NCBI GenBank assembly: GCA_964509695.1
Contig: CAZDXN010000001.1
Location: 51,188 to 115,187 of the forward strand
Length of the DNA: 64,000 bases
Source of the DNA: an uncultured Pseudomonadales bacterium
GTDB lineage: Bacteria > Patescibacteriota > Microgenomatia > UBA1400 > MFAQ01
Reading direction: 5' to 3'
The position numbers were made by a program, and so were the translations under genes. Shown piece by piece: positions 17,761-27,723 of this stretch (within the stretch, counting starts at the first letter, position 1; every line of letters begins with the position of its first letter). The notes under the pieces were generated by a model. It worked only from the letters and a program-made list of their open reading frames with translations. It ran no database searches and was not told the origin of the DNA.

Positions 17761-18743
17761 TCATCTCCCAGACTCCCTTACGAATGAGTTTTGTTGGCGG
17801 CGGATCCGACTTGCCGTCTTTTTACCGGAAACAAGTCGGAGCCGTTGTCAGTGCCACCATCGATAAATATATCTACATCAACGTCAACAAAAAATTTGAC
17901 AACCAAATCAGGGCGAGCTATTCCATCACCGAGTTTGTTGACAAACCATCGAAGCTGAAGCACGAGCTGATCCGTGAATCTCTTAAACTTCTTGGAATAA
18001 AAAGCGGAATCGAAATTACTTCTATCGCCGACATTCCCTCGGGAGGCACCGGCCTAGGCTCTTCTAGTAGTTATACCGTTGGACTTCTAAACGCGCTAAA
18101 TGCATACCTTTCCAGATTTTCCAGCAAAGAACACCTAGCCTCTACCGCGTGTCGAGTTGAAATCGATAAGTGTAGAAAACCCATCGGCAAACAGGACCAA
18201 TACGCCGCCGCTTACGGTGGTCTAAATTTGATAGAGTTTCAACCGGATAATTCAGTAGTAGTTAATCCAATCATTTGTAAAGCTGACACCAAACACAAAC
18301 TCAACCAAAATCTATTATTACTCTATACAGGTATTTCTCGTTCTGCTGACGCCATTCTAGTTCACCAAAATAAGAACATGCTCTCAAACCACAAAACCCG
18401 CGATTTATTGGCCCAAATGGTCAAGCTCGCCTATCATCAAGCTGAATCTATTTCAAAAAATAACTTGAAGTCTTTTGGTGAAGCTTTAGATGAAAACTGG
18501 AAGATGAAGACAAAGCTTAGTCAAGGGATTAGCAATCCTACATTCGACAAATGGTATAACACAGCCAAAAGCAATGGGGCTATCGGCGGGAAAATCCTTG
18601 GCGCTGGCGGCGGGGGATTCTTCCTCCTTTATGCCCCCAAAAGTAAGCACGAGTCTATTGTCGAATCTCTCCCCAAGTTAAGAAAAATCAATTTCAATTT
18701 CGACGCGGAGGGTAGTAAAATTATCTATTATCAAGAAAACTAA
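17757..18743 (+). CDS. GHMP-family sugar kinase (HddA/fucokinase-like)
   Basis: The start sits in an ATGA overlap with the epimerase stop. PLRMSFVGGGSDLP N-terminus and the IPSGGTGLGSSSSYTVGLLNAL GHMP ATP-binding motif. Confidence 0.75.
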   Translation: MIISQTPLRMSFVGGGSDLPSFYRKQVGAVVSATIDKYIYINVNKKFDNQIRASYSITEFVDKPSKLKHELIRESLKLLGIKSGIEITSIADIPSGGTGLGSSSSYTVGLLNALNAYLSRFSSKEHLASTACRVEIDKCRKPIGKQDQYAAAYGGLNLIEFQPDNSVVVNPIICKADTKHKLNQNLLLLYTGISRSADAILVHQNKNMLSNHKTRDLLAQMVKLAYHQAESISKNNLKSFGEALDENWKMKTKLSQGISNPTFDKWYNTAKSNGAIGGKILGAGGGGFFLLYAPKSKHESIVESLPKLRKINFNFDAEGSKIIYYQEN

Positions 18744-18754
18744 CTAACTCACAT

Positions 18755-19282
18755 TTATTTGAACAACTCAACTTCAAAGATATTATTGTACTGTTTGAGA
18801 TAACTTGAAGTAAAATATACCCGGTAATATCGGTAGGCGGTATCGTTTTCAAATTCTACTGTGACCGGACTGGCGCCCATTGCTTCTGATCTTGACAGTA
18901 AATCTGTCCAGTCAGAATCATTATTTGACCCCTGCAATTTCCAATCTCTGAGTTGATTAGAAGATGAACGAACGTATACTTCCCTCGCAGTTTTTGTAAC
19001 CCCATCGCCCAAGTCGTACTTCCACCAGTGTGGGTAGGTGGAACTTGAGGAGTTCCAAAATGTATCGTTGTTATTATCAACAGCGTTATCAACCACGTTC
19101 AGACCCTCTATCGTGTCAGCGCTGGCTATTCCACCACTTAAGAAATCTGTCTCGGTTTTACCACCAAGAACTTCCGCTTTTTGTATCACTGGTTCGGCGA
19201 CCGGAGGAATGGCTGTAGGCTTGCAGGCGGCCAAGAACAAAGCCGAAACTAGTAATAAGCCAAGGGTTGTATACGTTTTCAT
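18755..19282 (-). CDS. Lipoprotein with F5/8 type C (discoidin)-like carbohydrate-binding domain
   Basis: Signal peptide with an LAAC lipobox. The NDTFWNSSSSTYPHWWKYDLG motif resembles the discoidin-domain W...P.W..VDLG pattern. Confidence 0.5.
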   Translation of the reverse strand: MKTYTTLGLLLVSALFLAACKPTAIPPVAEPVIQKAEVLGGKTETDFLSGGIASADTIEGLNVVDNAVDNNNDTFWNSSSSTYPHWWKYDLGDGVTKTAREVYVRSSSNQLRDWKLQGSNNDSDWTDLLSRSEAMGASPVTVEFENDTAYRYYRVYFTSSYLKQYNNIFEVELFK

Positions 19283-19289
19283 TAAGTAT

Positions 19290-19499
19290 TTAACTATTAA
19301 TTAATTTTATAGCTTCAGATGGACACGCCAGTGCCGCATTCTTAGCCATTTTATGGGTGGTCTTTTCACCTCCGTCAACCATTTTTCTAACTATCGACAC
19401 CATTCCCGTCTTTCCCTCCTTCATTTCAAAGATCTCAGGCGCCAATTCTACACATAGCCCGCAGCCAATACATAATTTGGGGTCGACTATTGCCTTCAT
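19290..19499 (-). CDS. Small single-cluster ferredoxin
   Basis: CIGCGLCVELAP ... ALACPSEAI cysteine pattern in a 69-aa protein. Confidence 0.7.
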   Translation of the reverse strand: MKAIVDPKLCIGCGLCVELAPEIFEMKEGKTGMVSIVRKMVDGGEKTTHKMAKNAALACPSEAIKLINS

Positions 19500-19578
19500 G
19501 AATGTAAAATACCATATATAGCGAGTTTATGAAAGTCATCTCCTTGCATCCTTGATTTAGAAAAATGATATAAATTAC

Positions 19579-21084
19579 ATGACTATGAAAGTTCTCCTCA
19601 TTAATCCCCCCTGGATATTAGACCAAAAAGACCAAGACTTTTTTCGTGTTACTCAGCCAGAAGGGCTAGGCTATATCAGTGCTGTTCTCAAGCAAGGGAG
19701 CCACGCGGTCAAACTTGTTGATGCTGCCGCCAGCGGCTGGTATAAAAAAAGAACCCTCCCCGATGGCAGAATCTATTACGGTCTTTCACACAATGAAATA
19801 GCCAGTATTATAAGGAAATTCAAACCGAAACTTGTTGGTATCTCTATAATATCGTCCCTGTTAAAAAATAATGGCTATTCACTTGCAAAATATATTAAAA
19901 ATAAATTTCCTTCAACCAAAATCGTCATCGGCGGTCCCCACCCATCGGTGACAGTCAAGGAATCGCTTAATAATTCATTTATAGACTTCGTTGTCTTCGG
20001 AGAGGGAGAAATCACGACCTTGGATTTAGTCAACCAATTGAGTAGACAAAAACCACGTTTCAAAGGAATTAATGGTCTTGCTTACAAATCAAAGGGAAAA
20101 ATATTCATTAACCCCATTAGGGATTTCATCAAAGATTTGGATAGTCTACCCTTCCCCGATCGAAGTCAGTATCCAATGCACGATTATTTTAAGGCTTCAC
20201 AAAAGCTCCTCTCCTCTTTCGCCCTTTCGACCTACAACAAACGCTGGGGAACCGTAATTAGTAGTCGGGGTTGTCCTTACAACTGCATCTTTTGCTCCAT
20301 TCATTTAACAATGGGGAAAATCTGGCGTTCACGCAGCGCCGAAAACGTCATGGCAGAAGTTGAACAACTGGTAAATAAATATCGAATTCAGAAAATTGCC
20401 TTTCTCGACGACAATATGACCTTTGATATTGAAAGAGTTCATCGAATTTGTGACCTTATTTTGGAAAGAAAATTAAAATTTCGATGGAGCACACCAAACG
20501 GAATTAGAGCTGATCGTTTAGACGAGACATTACTACTCAAAATGAAAAAAGCCGGTTGCGTCAGGATCGCCGTGGCTCCAGAAAGTGGCAGTCAAAAAGT
20601 GGTTTATCATTTAATAGGGAAGGCTCTTGATCTGAAAAAAGTTGTCGAAATAGTAAAAATCTGTAAGCGTATCGGGCTTAAAGTCGATTGTTTTTTCGTT
20701 ATGGGTTTACCAGGGGAAACAAAAAGAAACCTCCGTCAAACAATCAACTTTGCCTCCCACTTGAAAAGATTAGGCGCCAGCGGATTCAATTTGGCGATAG
20801 CTACCCCGTTCATTGGGACACGTCTCCATAAAGTATTCACCGACAAGGGCTTTCTCAAACCAGATTTCGATGAGTTTACAATGTTCAGGAATGAGTCTTT
20901 CATCGAAACGGACACTCTCAAAGCTGCCGATCTCATAAGATACAAAAACATCGCAGCGCGGCTGAATAGATTCCCGGTAGAATATATTAAATTTATAATA
21001 CTAGTTCTTTTCCGTGACCCAGAAAGATTTATTCGTCTATTCAAAGCGCAAATCCCCTCGAATTTTGCATTTATAAAGAAATAA
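19579..21084 (+). CDS. B12-binding radical SAM protein (class B)
   Basis: The N-terminal B12-binding Rossmann region (VKLVDAAASG..., GISIISS) is followed by a SRGCPYNCIFCS Cx3Cx2C motif. Confidence 0.75.
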   Translation: MTMKVLLINPPWILDQKDQDFFRVTQPEGLGYISAVLKQGSHAVKLVDAAASGWYKKRTLPDGRIYYGLSHNEIASIIRKFKPKLVGISIISSLLKNNGYSLAKYIKNKFPSTKIVIGGPHPSVTVKESLNNSFIDFVVFGEGEITTLDLVNQLSRQKPRFKGINGLAYKSKGKIFINPIRDFIKDLDSLPFPDRSQYPMHDYFKASQKLLSSFALSTYNKRWGTVISSRGCPYNCIFCSIHLTMGKIWRSRSAENVMAEVEQLVNKYRIQKIAFLDDNMTFDIERVHRICDLILERKLKFRWSTPNGIRADRLDETLLLKMKKAGCVRIAVAPESGSQKVVYHLIGKALDLKKVVEIVKICKRIGLKVDCFFVMGLPGETKRNLRQTINFASHLKRLGASGFNLAIATPFIGTRLHKVFTDKGFLKPDFDEFTMFRNESFIETDTLKAADLIRYKNIAARLNRFPVEYIKFIILVLFRDPERFIRLFKAQIPSNFAFIKK

Positions 21085-21089
21085 ACGAT

Positions 21090-22964
21090 ATGTGCGGAAT
21101 CGCTGGATTTAGATCAGCCGGTAATGAAAATAACAAGGTAACTCTCGACTCGATGTTGGCCACAATTACTCACCGTGGTCCTGATGAGAAGGGCGTTTTG
21201 TTTGATAAAGATCTCTCAATCGGCATGCGTCGACTTTCCATCATCGACCTTAATACCGGCAGTCAACCGATCTTTAATGAAGATAAGTCTATCGTTATTG
21301 TCTTCAACGGTGAAATATACAATTTCCAAAAACTATACCGGGATCTAAAAAGAAAAGGTCACAAATTTAGAACCAAAACAGACACCGAAGCGATCATTCA
21401 TTTATACGAAGATTTGGGTATTAGGTGTGTCGAAAAGCTAAACGGCATGTTTGCCTTTTGTATCTACGATAAATCAAAGGGAAAATTATTTTTTGCCGTC
21501 GATCGAGCTGGCAAAAAACCTTTATACATATATCATTCCGGACCCAATTTTGCTTTTTCCTCAGAACTAAAAAGTTTTTACAAGCTTCCATTTTTCAAAA
21601 AGCGCCTTAATATACCCGCTCTTGATAAATTCTTTCTTTATGGTTATATTCCCTCCCCCCTCACACCATATCTGAATACAGTAAAACTTCCAGGAGGTAG
21701 CCTTGCCGTTTTTGATATGCGCGAAAATAGTTTGACTTACAAGAATTATTGGGACTTTGATTATTCAGAAAAACTCGACCTTTCAGAAGCTGAATGGGTA
21801 AAGAAGATTGATCGTCTTCTCACCCAATCGGTTAGAAGTCGACTTGTATCTGACGTTCCCCTAGGCTGTTTCTTGAGTGGTGGGGTCGATAGTAGTCTCG
21901 TCGTAGCTTGCATGAGCAAGTTCCTCAAGGGTAGAGATATAAAGACTTTTAGCATTGGCTTCGATGAACAAAGAGTGAATGAATCGAATTATGCACGACA
22001 AGTAGCGGATCTGTATCACACCGACCACCATCTAAAGATATTTCCTCAAAACGAGGCGCTTTCCGTTAGCCGGGAAATCTTTACCAAGATGGATGAGCCG
22101 CTAGCCGACCCCTCCATCCTTCCCACTTTTCTACTCTCCCAATTCACTCGCGGTTACGTCACTGTTTCTCTTAGCGGGGACGGTGGCGATGAAATGTTTG
22201 GTGGCTATCCAAAGTATTACATCCACCGCTATGCCCGTTATCTGGACATGCTTCCTGAAAAGCTGAAACTGAGCCTAGCAGAAAAGATATCTCAAAGACT
22301 AAAGACTAGCCCCAATAATAAATATCTAAACTACAAAGCAATTAGATTTTTGAATAGTCTCAAGTACCCACCCATACTTCGAAATCAGATCTGGTCGGGG
22401 AGCTTTTTACCAGATGAGGCCGGCCATCTAATTTCTGACATTAAAAGTAACGCTGTCGACCTAATGACCGAAGCACCGGAACTTATCAGGAGTCAAACAT
22501 TTTCGGACCCTCTCGATATAATGTTATATCTCGACGCCAAGCTAATGCTTAAAGACGCCTATTTAACCAAGGTTGACCGTGCCAGTATGGCCGCATCGCT
22601 CGAAGTTCGCTCTCCATTTTTGGACAAATCGATTCTCGATATTACCGGCCGAATCCCCCTTGGATTAAAAGTAAAAGGCAGACAGACCAAATATCTCCTA
22701 AAGCTAGTTGCAGAAAAATATTTCCCCAGAGAGTTGGTCTATCGCCACAAACAGGGTTTTGGCCTACCCCTCGCCGAATGGTTTCGTCGAAAGGAATTAA
22801 CCTCTGAAATTAGAGAGCTACTAGGACAGAGAAGGGGAGTGGATAGACTTTCAACCTCATATATAAATTCACTGATAAGAATGCATCAAAATGGTACCTT
22901 TGATTACTCAACCCAACTCTGGACTATCTATGCCTACCTCAACTGGGTTCAATATAACCTTTAA
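21090..22964 (+). CDS. asnB: Asparagine synthase (glutamine-hydrolysing)-type amidotransferase
   Basis: MCGIAGF N-terminal nucleophile, SGGVDSS PP-loop and the overall AsnB architecture. Confidence 0.85.
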   Translation: MCGIAGFRSAGNENNKVTLDSMLATITHRGPDEKGVLFDKDLSIGMRRLSIIDLNTGSQPIFNEDKSIVIVFNGEIYNFQKLYRDLKRKGHKFRTKTDTEAIIHLYEDLGIRCVEKLNGMFAFCIYDKSKGKLFFAVDRAGKKPLYIYHSGPNFAFSSELKSFYKLPFFKKRLNIPALDKFFLYGYIPSPLTPYLNTVKLPGGSLAVFDMRENSLTYKNYWDFDYSEKLDLSEAEWVKKIDRLLTQSVRSRLVSDVPLGCFLSGGVDSSLVVACMSKFLKGRDIKTFSIGFDEQRVNESNYARQVADLYHTDHHLKIFPQNEALSVSREIFTKMDEPLADPSILPTFLLSQFTRGYVTVSLSGDGGDEMFGGYPKYYIHRYARYLDMLPEKLKLSLAEKISQRLKTSPNNKYLNYKAIRFLNSLKYPPILRNQIWSGSFLPDEAGHLISDIKSNAVDLMTEAPELIRSQTFSDPLDIMLYLDAKLMLKDAYLTKVDRASMAASLEVRSPFLDKSILDITGRIPLGLKVKGRQTKYLLKLVAEKYFPRELVYRHKQGFGLPLAEWFRRKELTSEIRELLGQRRGVDRLSTSYINSLIRMHQNGTFDYSTQLWTIYAYLNWVQYNL

Positions 22965-22967
22965 CAA

Positions 22968-23882
22968 ATGACCAAAGAGCTTGTTTCCATAATTATTCCG
23001 ACACGAAACCGATGTCAAAAATTACTTCGGTGTTTAAATTCGCTAGAAAAAATCAATTATCCTTACACCGAAACGATCATCGTCGATAACGCCTCATCAG
23101 ACGATACCGTCGCAACAATAAAAAAACGATTCCCAAAGCACAAAGTAATAAGACTTTCAAAAAACAAAGGCGCTGTTGGTGGTAGGAACGCTGGACTCAA
23201 GTTCGCTCGTGGTAAATATTTACTTTTTGTTGACGACGACAATATCGTCACGGTAAATTTCCTAGACAAACTGGTTCAGCTGGCAATCACCGACCCGACG
23301 ATCGGTTTCGTCGGTCCCAAAATGAATTACTTCAAAGACAAAAAACGAATTTGGTTCGCCGGCGTCAAGATAAATCTATTAACCTCATGGACCCATTACC
23401 TTGGAATAAACCAACTGGACCGTGGCCAATTTGATCAAATTAGGGAGATAGATCAGATCCCCAATGTTTGGTTGGTAAAGAGAGAGGTCGTAGAAAAAAT
23501 TGGAGGACTCGATAAGAATTATGTCATGTCCTATGGCGAGTCAGACTGGCCAATGAGAGCAAAGAGGGCGGGGTTCAGGGTTCTATTCTGCCCTGGCTCG
23601 GTCGTTTATCACGATATCGTTCCGCCGAAGAATCTCAAAGAAAACATCCTACTTCGAGCCACACCATATCGAGCCTATTATTTTGCCAGAAATCGGATCA
23701 TTTTTATGCGCCGCTTTACCAGTAAAGCCAACTTTCTAATTTTTCTTTTCATATTCAATAATTTGTTCACCATTTATTATCTTTACACTTATTCTAAAGG
23801 AGGAAAGTTCAATCTTTGTTTTTGGCACCTACGGGGAATCGTTGACGGGATACTTAATAGAAATTATCAATTCAAGGAATAG
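22968..23882 (+). CDS. GT2 family glycosyltransferase
   Basis: VSIIIPTRNRCQKL...IIVDNASSDDT and LLFVDDDN motifs. The C-terminus is hydrophobic. Confidence 0.7.
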   Translation: MTKELVSIIIPTRNRCQKLLRCLNSLEKINYPYTETIIVDNASSDDTVATIKKRFPKHKVIRLSKNKGAVGGRNAGLKFARGKYLLFVDDDNIVTVNFLDKLVQLAITDPTIGFVGPKMNYFKDKKRIWFAGVKINLLTSWTHYLGINQLDRGQFDQIREIDQIPNVWLVKREVVEKIGGLDKNYVMSYGESDWPMRAKRAGFRVLFCPGSVVYHDIVPPKNLKENILLRATPYRAYYFARNRIIFMRRFTSKANFLIFLFIFNNLFTIYYLYTYSKGGKFNLCFWHLRGIVDGILNRNYQFKE

Positions 23883-23919
23883 ATAGACGAATGAAGGCTC
23901 TTACGTTATATTTAGCCAA

Positions 23920-25371
23920 ATGAAAGTTCTGTTAGTTAGCCCCTGGATGAAGACTTTGTATGGTGATGAAAAAACCGTCCCCGGCCATCCTCATCTTGGA
24001 TTGGGGTATCTGACCGCGGTTCTAAAGAAGAATAAACACCAAGTCAGGGTCTTTGACCAGGCCATCGAAAACGATGACGCGAAACTCTATGAATTAATTA
24101 GATCATTCAAACCAGACTTGATTGGATTTAATGCCTTTAGTTATTGCACCAAGTACGTTTCGGATCTTTCACAAGAAGTTAGGAAACGGACCAAAACTCC
24201 ATTAATTCTCGGAGGACCCCATGTCTCCGCGGTTCGTTCTCGCGTACTGGAACAAATGCCCTTTGATTACGCCATCAAAGGTGAAGCCGAAGCTAGTTTG
24301 CTGGTATTTCTAAACGAAATGAAGAAAAAAAAGCCAAAATTTGACACAGTCAAAGGATTAATTTGGCGTAATTCAAAAGGGGAGATTATTGAAAACCAGG
24401 ACATGGCCTACATACATGACCTCGACGCAATTCCTTTTCCGGATTATTCTGAATTCAAATTCGAAAAATATGCCTATTTTACCAGCAAAACCATGCCCAT
24501 CATTACCAGCCGAGGATGCCCCTATGGCTGTAACTATTGCTCGGTCAAGTTATCTATGGGGAGAGGATTCCGCCCACGAAGCCCCCAAAATGTTTTAGCT
24601 GAAATAAAACATTGGTGCGGACAAGGATTCAAAAAATTCGAGATCAATGACGACTGTTTCAGTTTGGACTTGAAAAGAGCCGAGAAAATCTGCGATCTAC
24701 TGATCGAACAAAAGCTAAATATCAGCTACGATATGTATAACGGTATCCGCGCCGACAGGGTAAGTAAGATTCTTCTCCAAAAAATGAAAAACTCAGGCTG
24801 CAAATTCATTTCTTATGGTTGTGAATCAGGAGATCAAAATATCATTATTTCCATGGGAAAGAATCTCAAACTTACGGAAGTAACAAAAGCAGTAAAATTG
24901 ACAAATAAAATCGGCATTAGAAACTCGGTAAACTTTATTATTGGCCACTCAAGCGAAACCAAAAAATCAGCCGAAAAAACACTAGAGTTTGCCAAGAAAC
25001 TTCCCACAGACTTCGTGAACTTTTACAACGTCATTCCTTATCCTGGAACCGATCTATATAACTGGATCGAAAAAAAAGGCCAGTGGATTTATCACCCTGA
25101 CTACATCATGAAGAATATCGGTAGTCGGGACTTGAAACCCGCCTTTGAAACTGAGGGGTTCTCTTCTGAAGAAAGAATTGTAACCCTTAAAAAAGGCTTT
25201 GCCCTTTACGAAAAAAGCGTTCTCAATTTTCGTTTTGGCAAATTCTTTGGGAGAGTCATATATTACCTTACTCGAAATCGAAAGATTTTTTCAGCGGCAC
25301 TCAAGCTGATGCTAAGTACTAAATTGGGCTTTAAATTATATTCTTTAATAACATTTAAATCGCGCCAATAA
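23920..25371 (+). CDS. B12-binding radical SAM protein (class B)
   Basis: TSRGCPYGCNYCS motif and B12-binding N-terminus. Paralog of 19579, 26177, 45863 and 47978. Confidence 0.75.
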   Translation: MKVLLVSPWMKTLYGDEKTVPGHPHLGLGYLTAVLKKNKHQVRVFDQAIENDDAKLYELIRSFKPDLIGFNAFSYCTKYVSDLSQEVRKRTKTPLILGGPHVSAVRSRVLEQMPFDYAIKGEAEASLLVFLNEMKKKKPKFDTVKGLIWRNSKGEIIENQDMAYIHDLDAIPFPDYSEFKFEKYAYFTSKTMPIITSRGCPYGCNYCSVKLSMGRGFRPRSPQNVLAEIKHWCGQGFKKFEINDDCFSLDLKRAEKICDLLIEQKLNISYDMYNGIRADRVSKILLQKMKNSGCKFISYGCESGDQNIIISMGKNLKLTEVTKAVKLTNKIGIRNSVNFIIGHSSETKKSAEKTLEFAKKLPTDFVNFYNVIPYPGTDLYNWIEKKGQWIYHPDYIMKNIGSRDLKPAFETEGFSSEERIVTLKKGFALYEKSVLNFRFGKFFGRVIYYLTRNRKIFSAALKLMLSTKLGFKLYSLITFKSRQ

Positions 25372-26180
25372 TGTTACCTCAAGTCGAAGATATCTTTATC
25401 GTTGTCAACCGGATCAACTCCAAACCATGTGTTTGGTCTTATCTTACCTCAATCGAATATATGCTTCGAAGCAAACTTTACATGAGTTATCTTCTCAGAG
25501 ACGCTAAATCAGTCGGCGACGAACTTAAAATACTCGAAAAGAGAAAGAACAAGGGTCTAAAGGTTTTAGATATCGGCACCGGTTCGGGAATCTTTGCCGT
25601 GTTGTTACGTAAAGAAAATAAGCGAATCAGGTTAGAGGGACTCGACGCCTTCGTCAATACCAGCCAATCCGATCCGAATTTCCACGATACAGCAAAACAA
25701 CAAAAATCACTCTGGGAAAGTCTTTCATCAAGCTACAATGTTAAGTTTTCTCACTACGATGGTCTAAAAATCCCTTACAAAGACGAATCATTTGATATCA
25801 TCACCGCCTACGCCGTTATCGAGCACGTCTTTCCCCCAGACCTAGATAGAGTTGTGAAAGAAATACGTCGTGTCCTGAAAAAGGATGGACTACTCTTCAT
25901 TTTTAAATGTCCGCGGACATTATCATATAACGAACACCTCGCCAAGTTCATAGGGATAAAGGCTCATGATCTGTTGTTTTCCGACAAACAAGTCCGAGAT
26001 TTGTTCAATAAACATCAGTTCAAGATAATTAAACACTGGCGTTCGGATATGGTCCCAGCCTTTCCTGCCAAGCTAACAAATATATTCTATAAACTACTAA
26101 AAGTTCTTGATCACGTTCTGACAGCTAGCCCGCTTCAAATATTTGCCCATCACAACAACCTAGTCGTCAAAAAAAGTTGA
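25371..26180 (+). CDS. Class I SAM-dependent methyltransferase
   Basis: VLDIGTGSGIFAVLL motif I and AYAVIEHV motif. Confidence 0.7.
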   Translation: MLPQVEDIFIVVNRINSKPCVWSYLTSIEYMLRSKLYMSYLLRDAKSVGDELKILEKRKNKGLKVLDIGTGSGIFAVLLRKENKRIRLEGLDAFVNTSQSDPNFHDTAKQQKSLWESLSSSYNVKFSHYDGLKIPYKDESFDIITAYAVIEHVFPPDLDRVVKEIRRVLKKDGLLFIFKCPRTLSYNEHLAKFIGIKAHDLLFSDKQVRDLFNKHQFKIIKHWRSDMVPAFPAKLTNIFYKLLKVLDHVLTASPLQIFAHHNNLVVKKS

Positions 26181-27721
26181 CCATGAAAATTCTCCTAGTT
26201 TACCCAACCATAACTATCTACGGCAAGGACCGATCGGCAGTTTCTCCGATTCCACCATTGGGATTGGCATACATCGCCGCCTATATGGAGAAGCTTGGTC
26301 ATACCATCAAAATTCTCGATTGCGTCGCCGAGGGAATAGAAAACGTCAATAAGGTCAAGGGTGGTTTTCGGGTCGGTCTGGACGATACCAAAATAGCCAT
26401 TGAAATCAAAAAGTTCTCCCCTGACATCGTCGGCATCAGCTCGATGTTCTCGGCCTATGCTCAGGATGCCTATAGGATCGCCTTCTTAGTTAAAAATATT
26501 TCCAAGGAAATTCTGGTCGTCTTCGGTGGCGCCCATGCTTGTGCCCTGACGGATGACGTTCTCAAAAACAAAACAATTGATCTGTGCGTCATCGGGGAGG
26601 GGGAGCTGACCTTTGCCGAGATTGTCGATAAATTTTCCAAAGGGAAGCCGTATTTAAATATCAACGGGGTTGCTTACAAAAAGATGGGGAAAGTAATTTT
26701 TACTAGTCCGCGGGAACTAATCAATGACCTTGACGTGCTTCCTCTGCCGGCACGCCATCTATTGCCCATGGACATATATCTTAATAAACACAAAAATCCA
26801 TTCGTCTATTACGACCGTCATACTTTTATGATCTCTTCCCGTGGTTGTCCGATGAATTGTGTTTATTGTTCGATCCATGCCATTTGGAAAAATAAATGGC
26901 GATCGCGCTCTCCCGAAAGTGTTGTTGACGAAATTGAATATTTGGTCAAACAATATGGCATCAAGGAAATCCATTTTGTTGACGATAATCTTACAGTAAA
27001 CAAGAAACGAGCCGGATCCATTTGTGATCTAATCATCAAAAGAAAACTAAATATTAAGTGGACAGGCCCAAACGGCGTAGCTATTTGGACACTAGACGAG
27101 AAGCTGTTGGACAAAATGAAAAAAAGCGGTTGTTACCGCCTAACCTTCGGAATCGAATCCGGGTCGCAGCAAACCCAGAAGTTCATCCGAAAAAATCTCA
27201 ATCTAGAATATGCCAGAGATATGATAGCCTATTGCAACAAGATTGGAATTTGGACCCTTTCAACTTTTATCGTCGGATTTCCATACCAAGACAAAGACCA
27301 AATCGAGGCTTCGATCAATTACGCCATAAAATCCAAAACCGATTTTGCCACCTTTTACGTATTGATGCCCTTTCCCTCGACAGATGTTTGGAATATCTTA
27401 ATAAGGGAAAACCTCCTAAAAGAAAACGAGTTCTTCAACGAAATTGGCTACTATCTTTCCACCAGAGGAGTGACTTCTAAATACTTCAATCATGAACAAA
27501 TCCAGTTTTTTGCATCCCTCGCCCACAAAAAAGTATTAAAGGAGCAGATATTCCGGCTTATCTTTACCCCGGGTCATTATCTAAAGAAAATTCAAACCCG
27601 AGGGGATTTAGCTTATGCCGGAAAACTGTTGAAACAATTTGGTTGTCTTCTCTATCATTCGCTCGGTCGGCATGTCCGTGTCGGCGGTGCTATTTATCGC
27701 AAATCAGTTACCAGAGAATAG
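26177..27721 (+). CDS. B12-binding radical SAM protein (class B)
   Basis: SSRGCPMNCVYCS motif and B12-binding N-terminus. Confidence 0.75.
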   Translation: MTMKILLVYPTITIYGKDRSAVSPIPPLGLAYIAAYMEKLGHTIKILDCVAEGIENVNKVKGGFRVGLDDTKIAIEIKKFSPDIVGISSMFSAYAQDAYRIAFLVKNISKEILVVFGGAHACALTDDVLKNKTIDLCVIGEGELTFAEIVDKFSKGKPYLNINGVAYKKMGKVIFTSPRELINDLDVLPLPARHLLPMDIYLNKHKNPFVYYDRHTFMISSRGCPMNCVYCSIHAIWKNKWRSRSPESVVDEIEYLVKQYGIKEIHFVDDNLTVNKKRAGSICDLIIKRKLNIKWTGPNGVAIWTLDEKLLDKMKKSGCYRLTFGIESGSQQTQKFIRKNLNLEYARDMIAYCNKIGIWTLSTFIVGFPYQDKDQIEASINYAIKSKTDFATFYVLMPFPSTDVWNILIRENLLKENEFFNEIGYYLSTRGVTSKYFNHEQIQFFASLAHKKVLKEQIFRLIFTPGHYLKKIQTRGDLAYAGKLLKQFGCLLYHSLGRHVRVGGAIYRKSVTRE

Positions 27722-27723
27722 TC

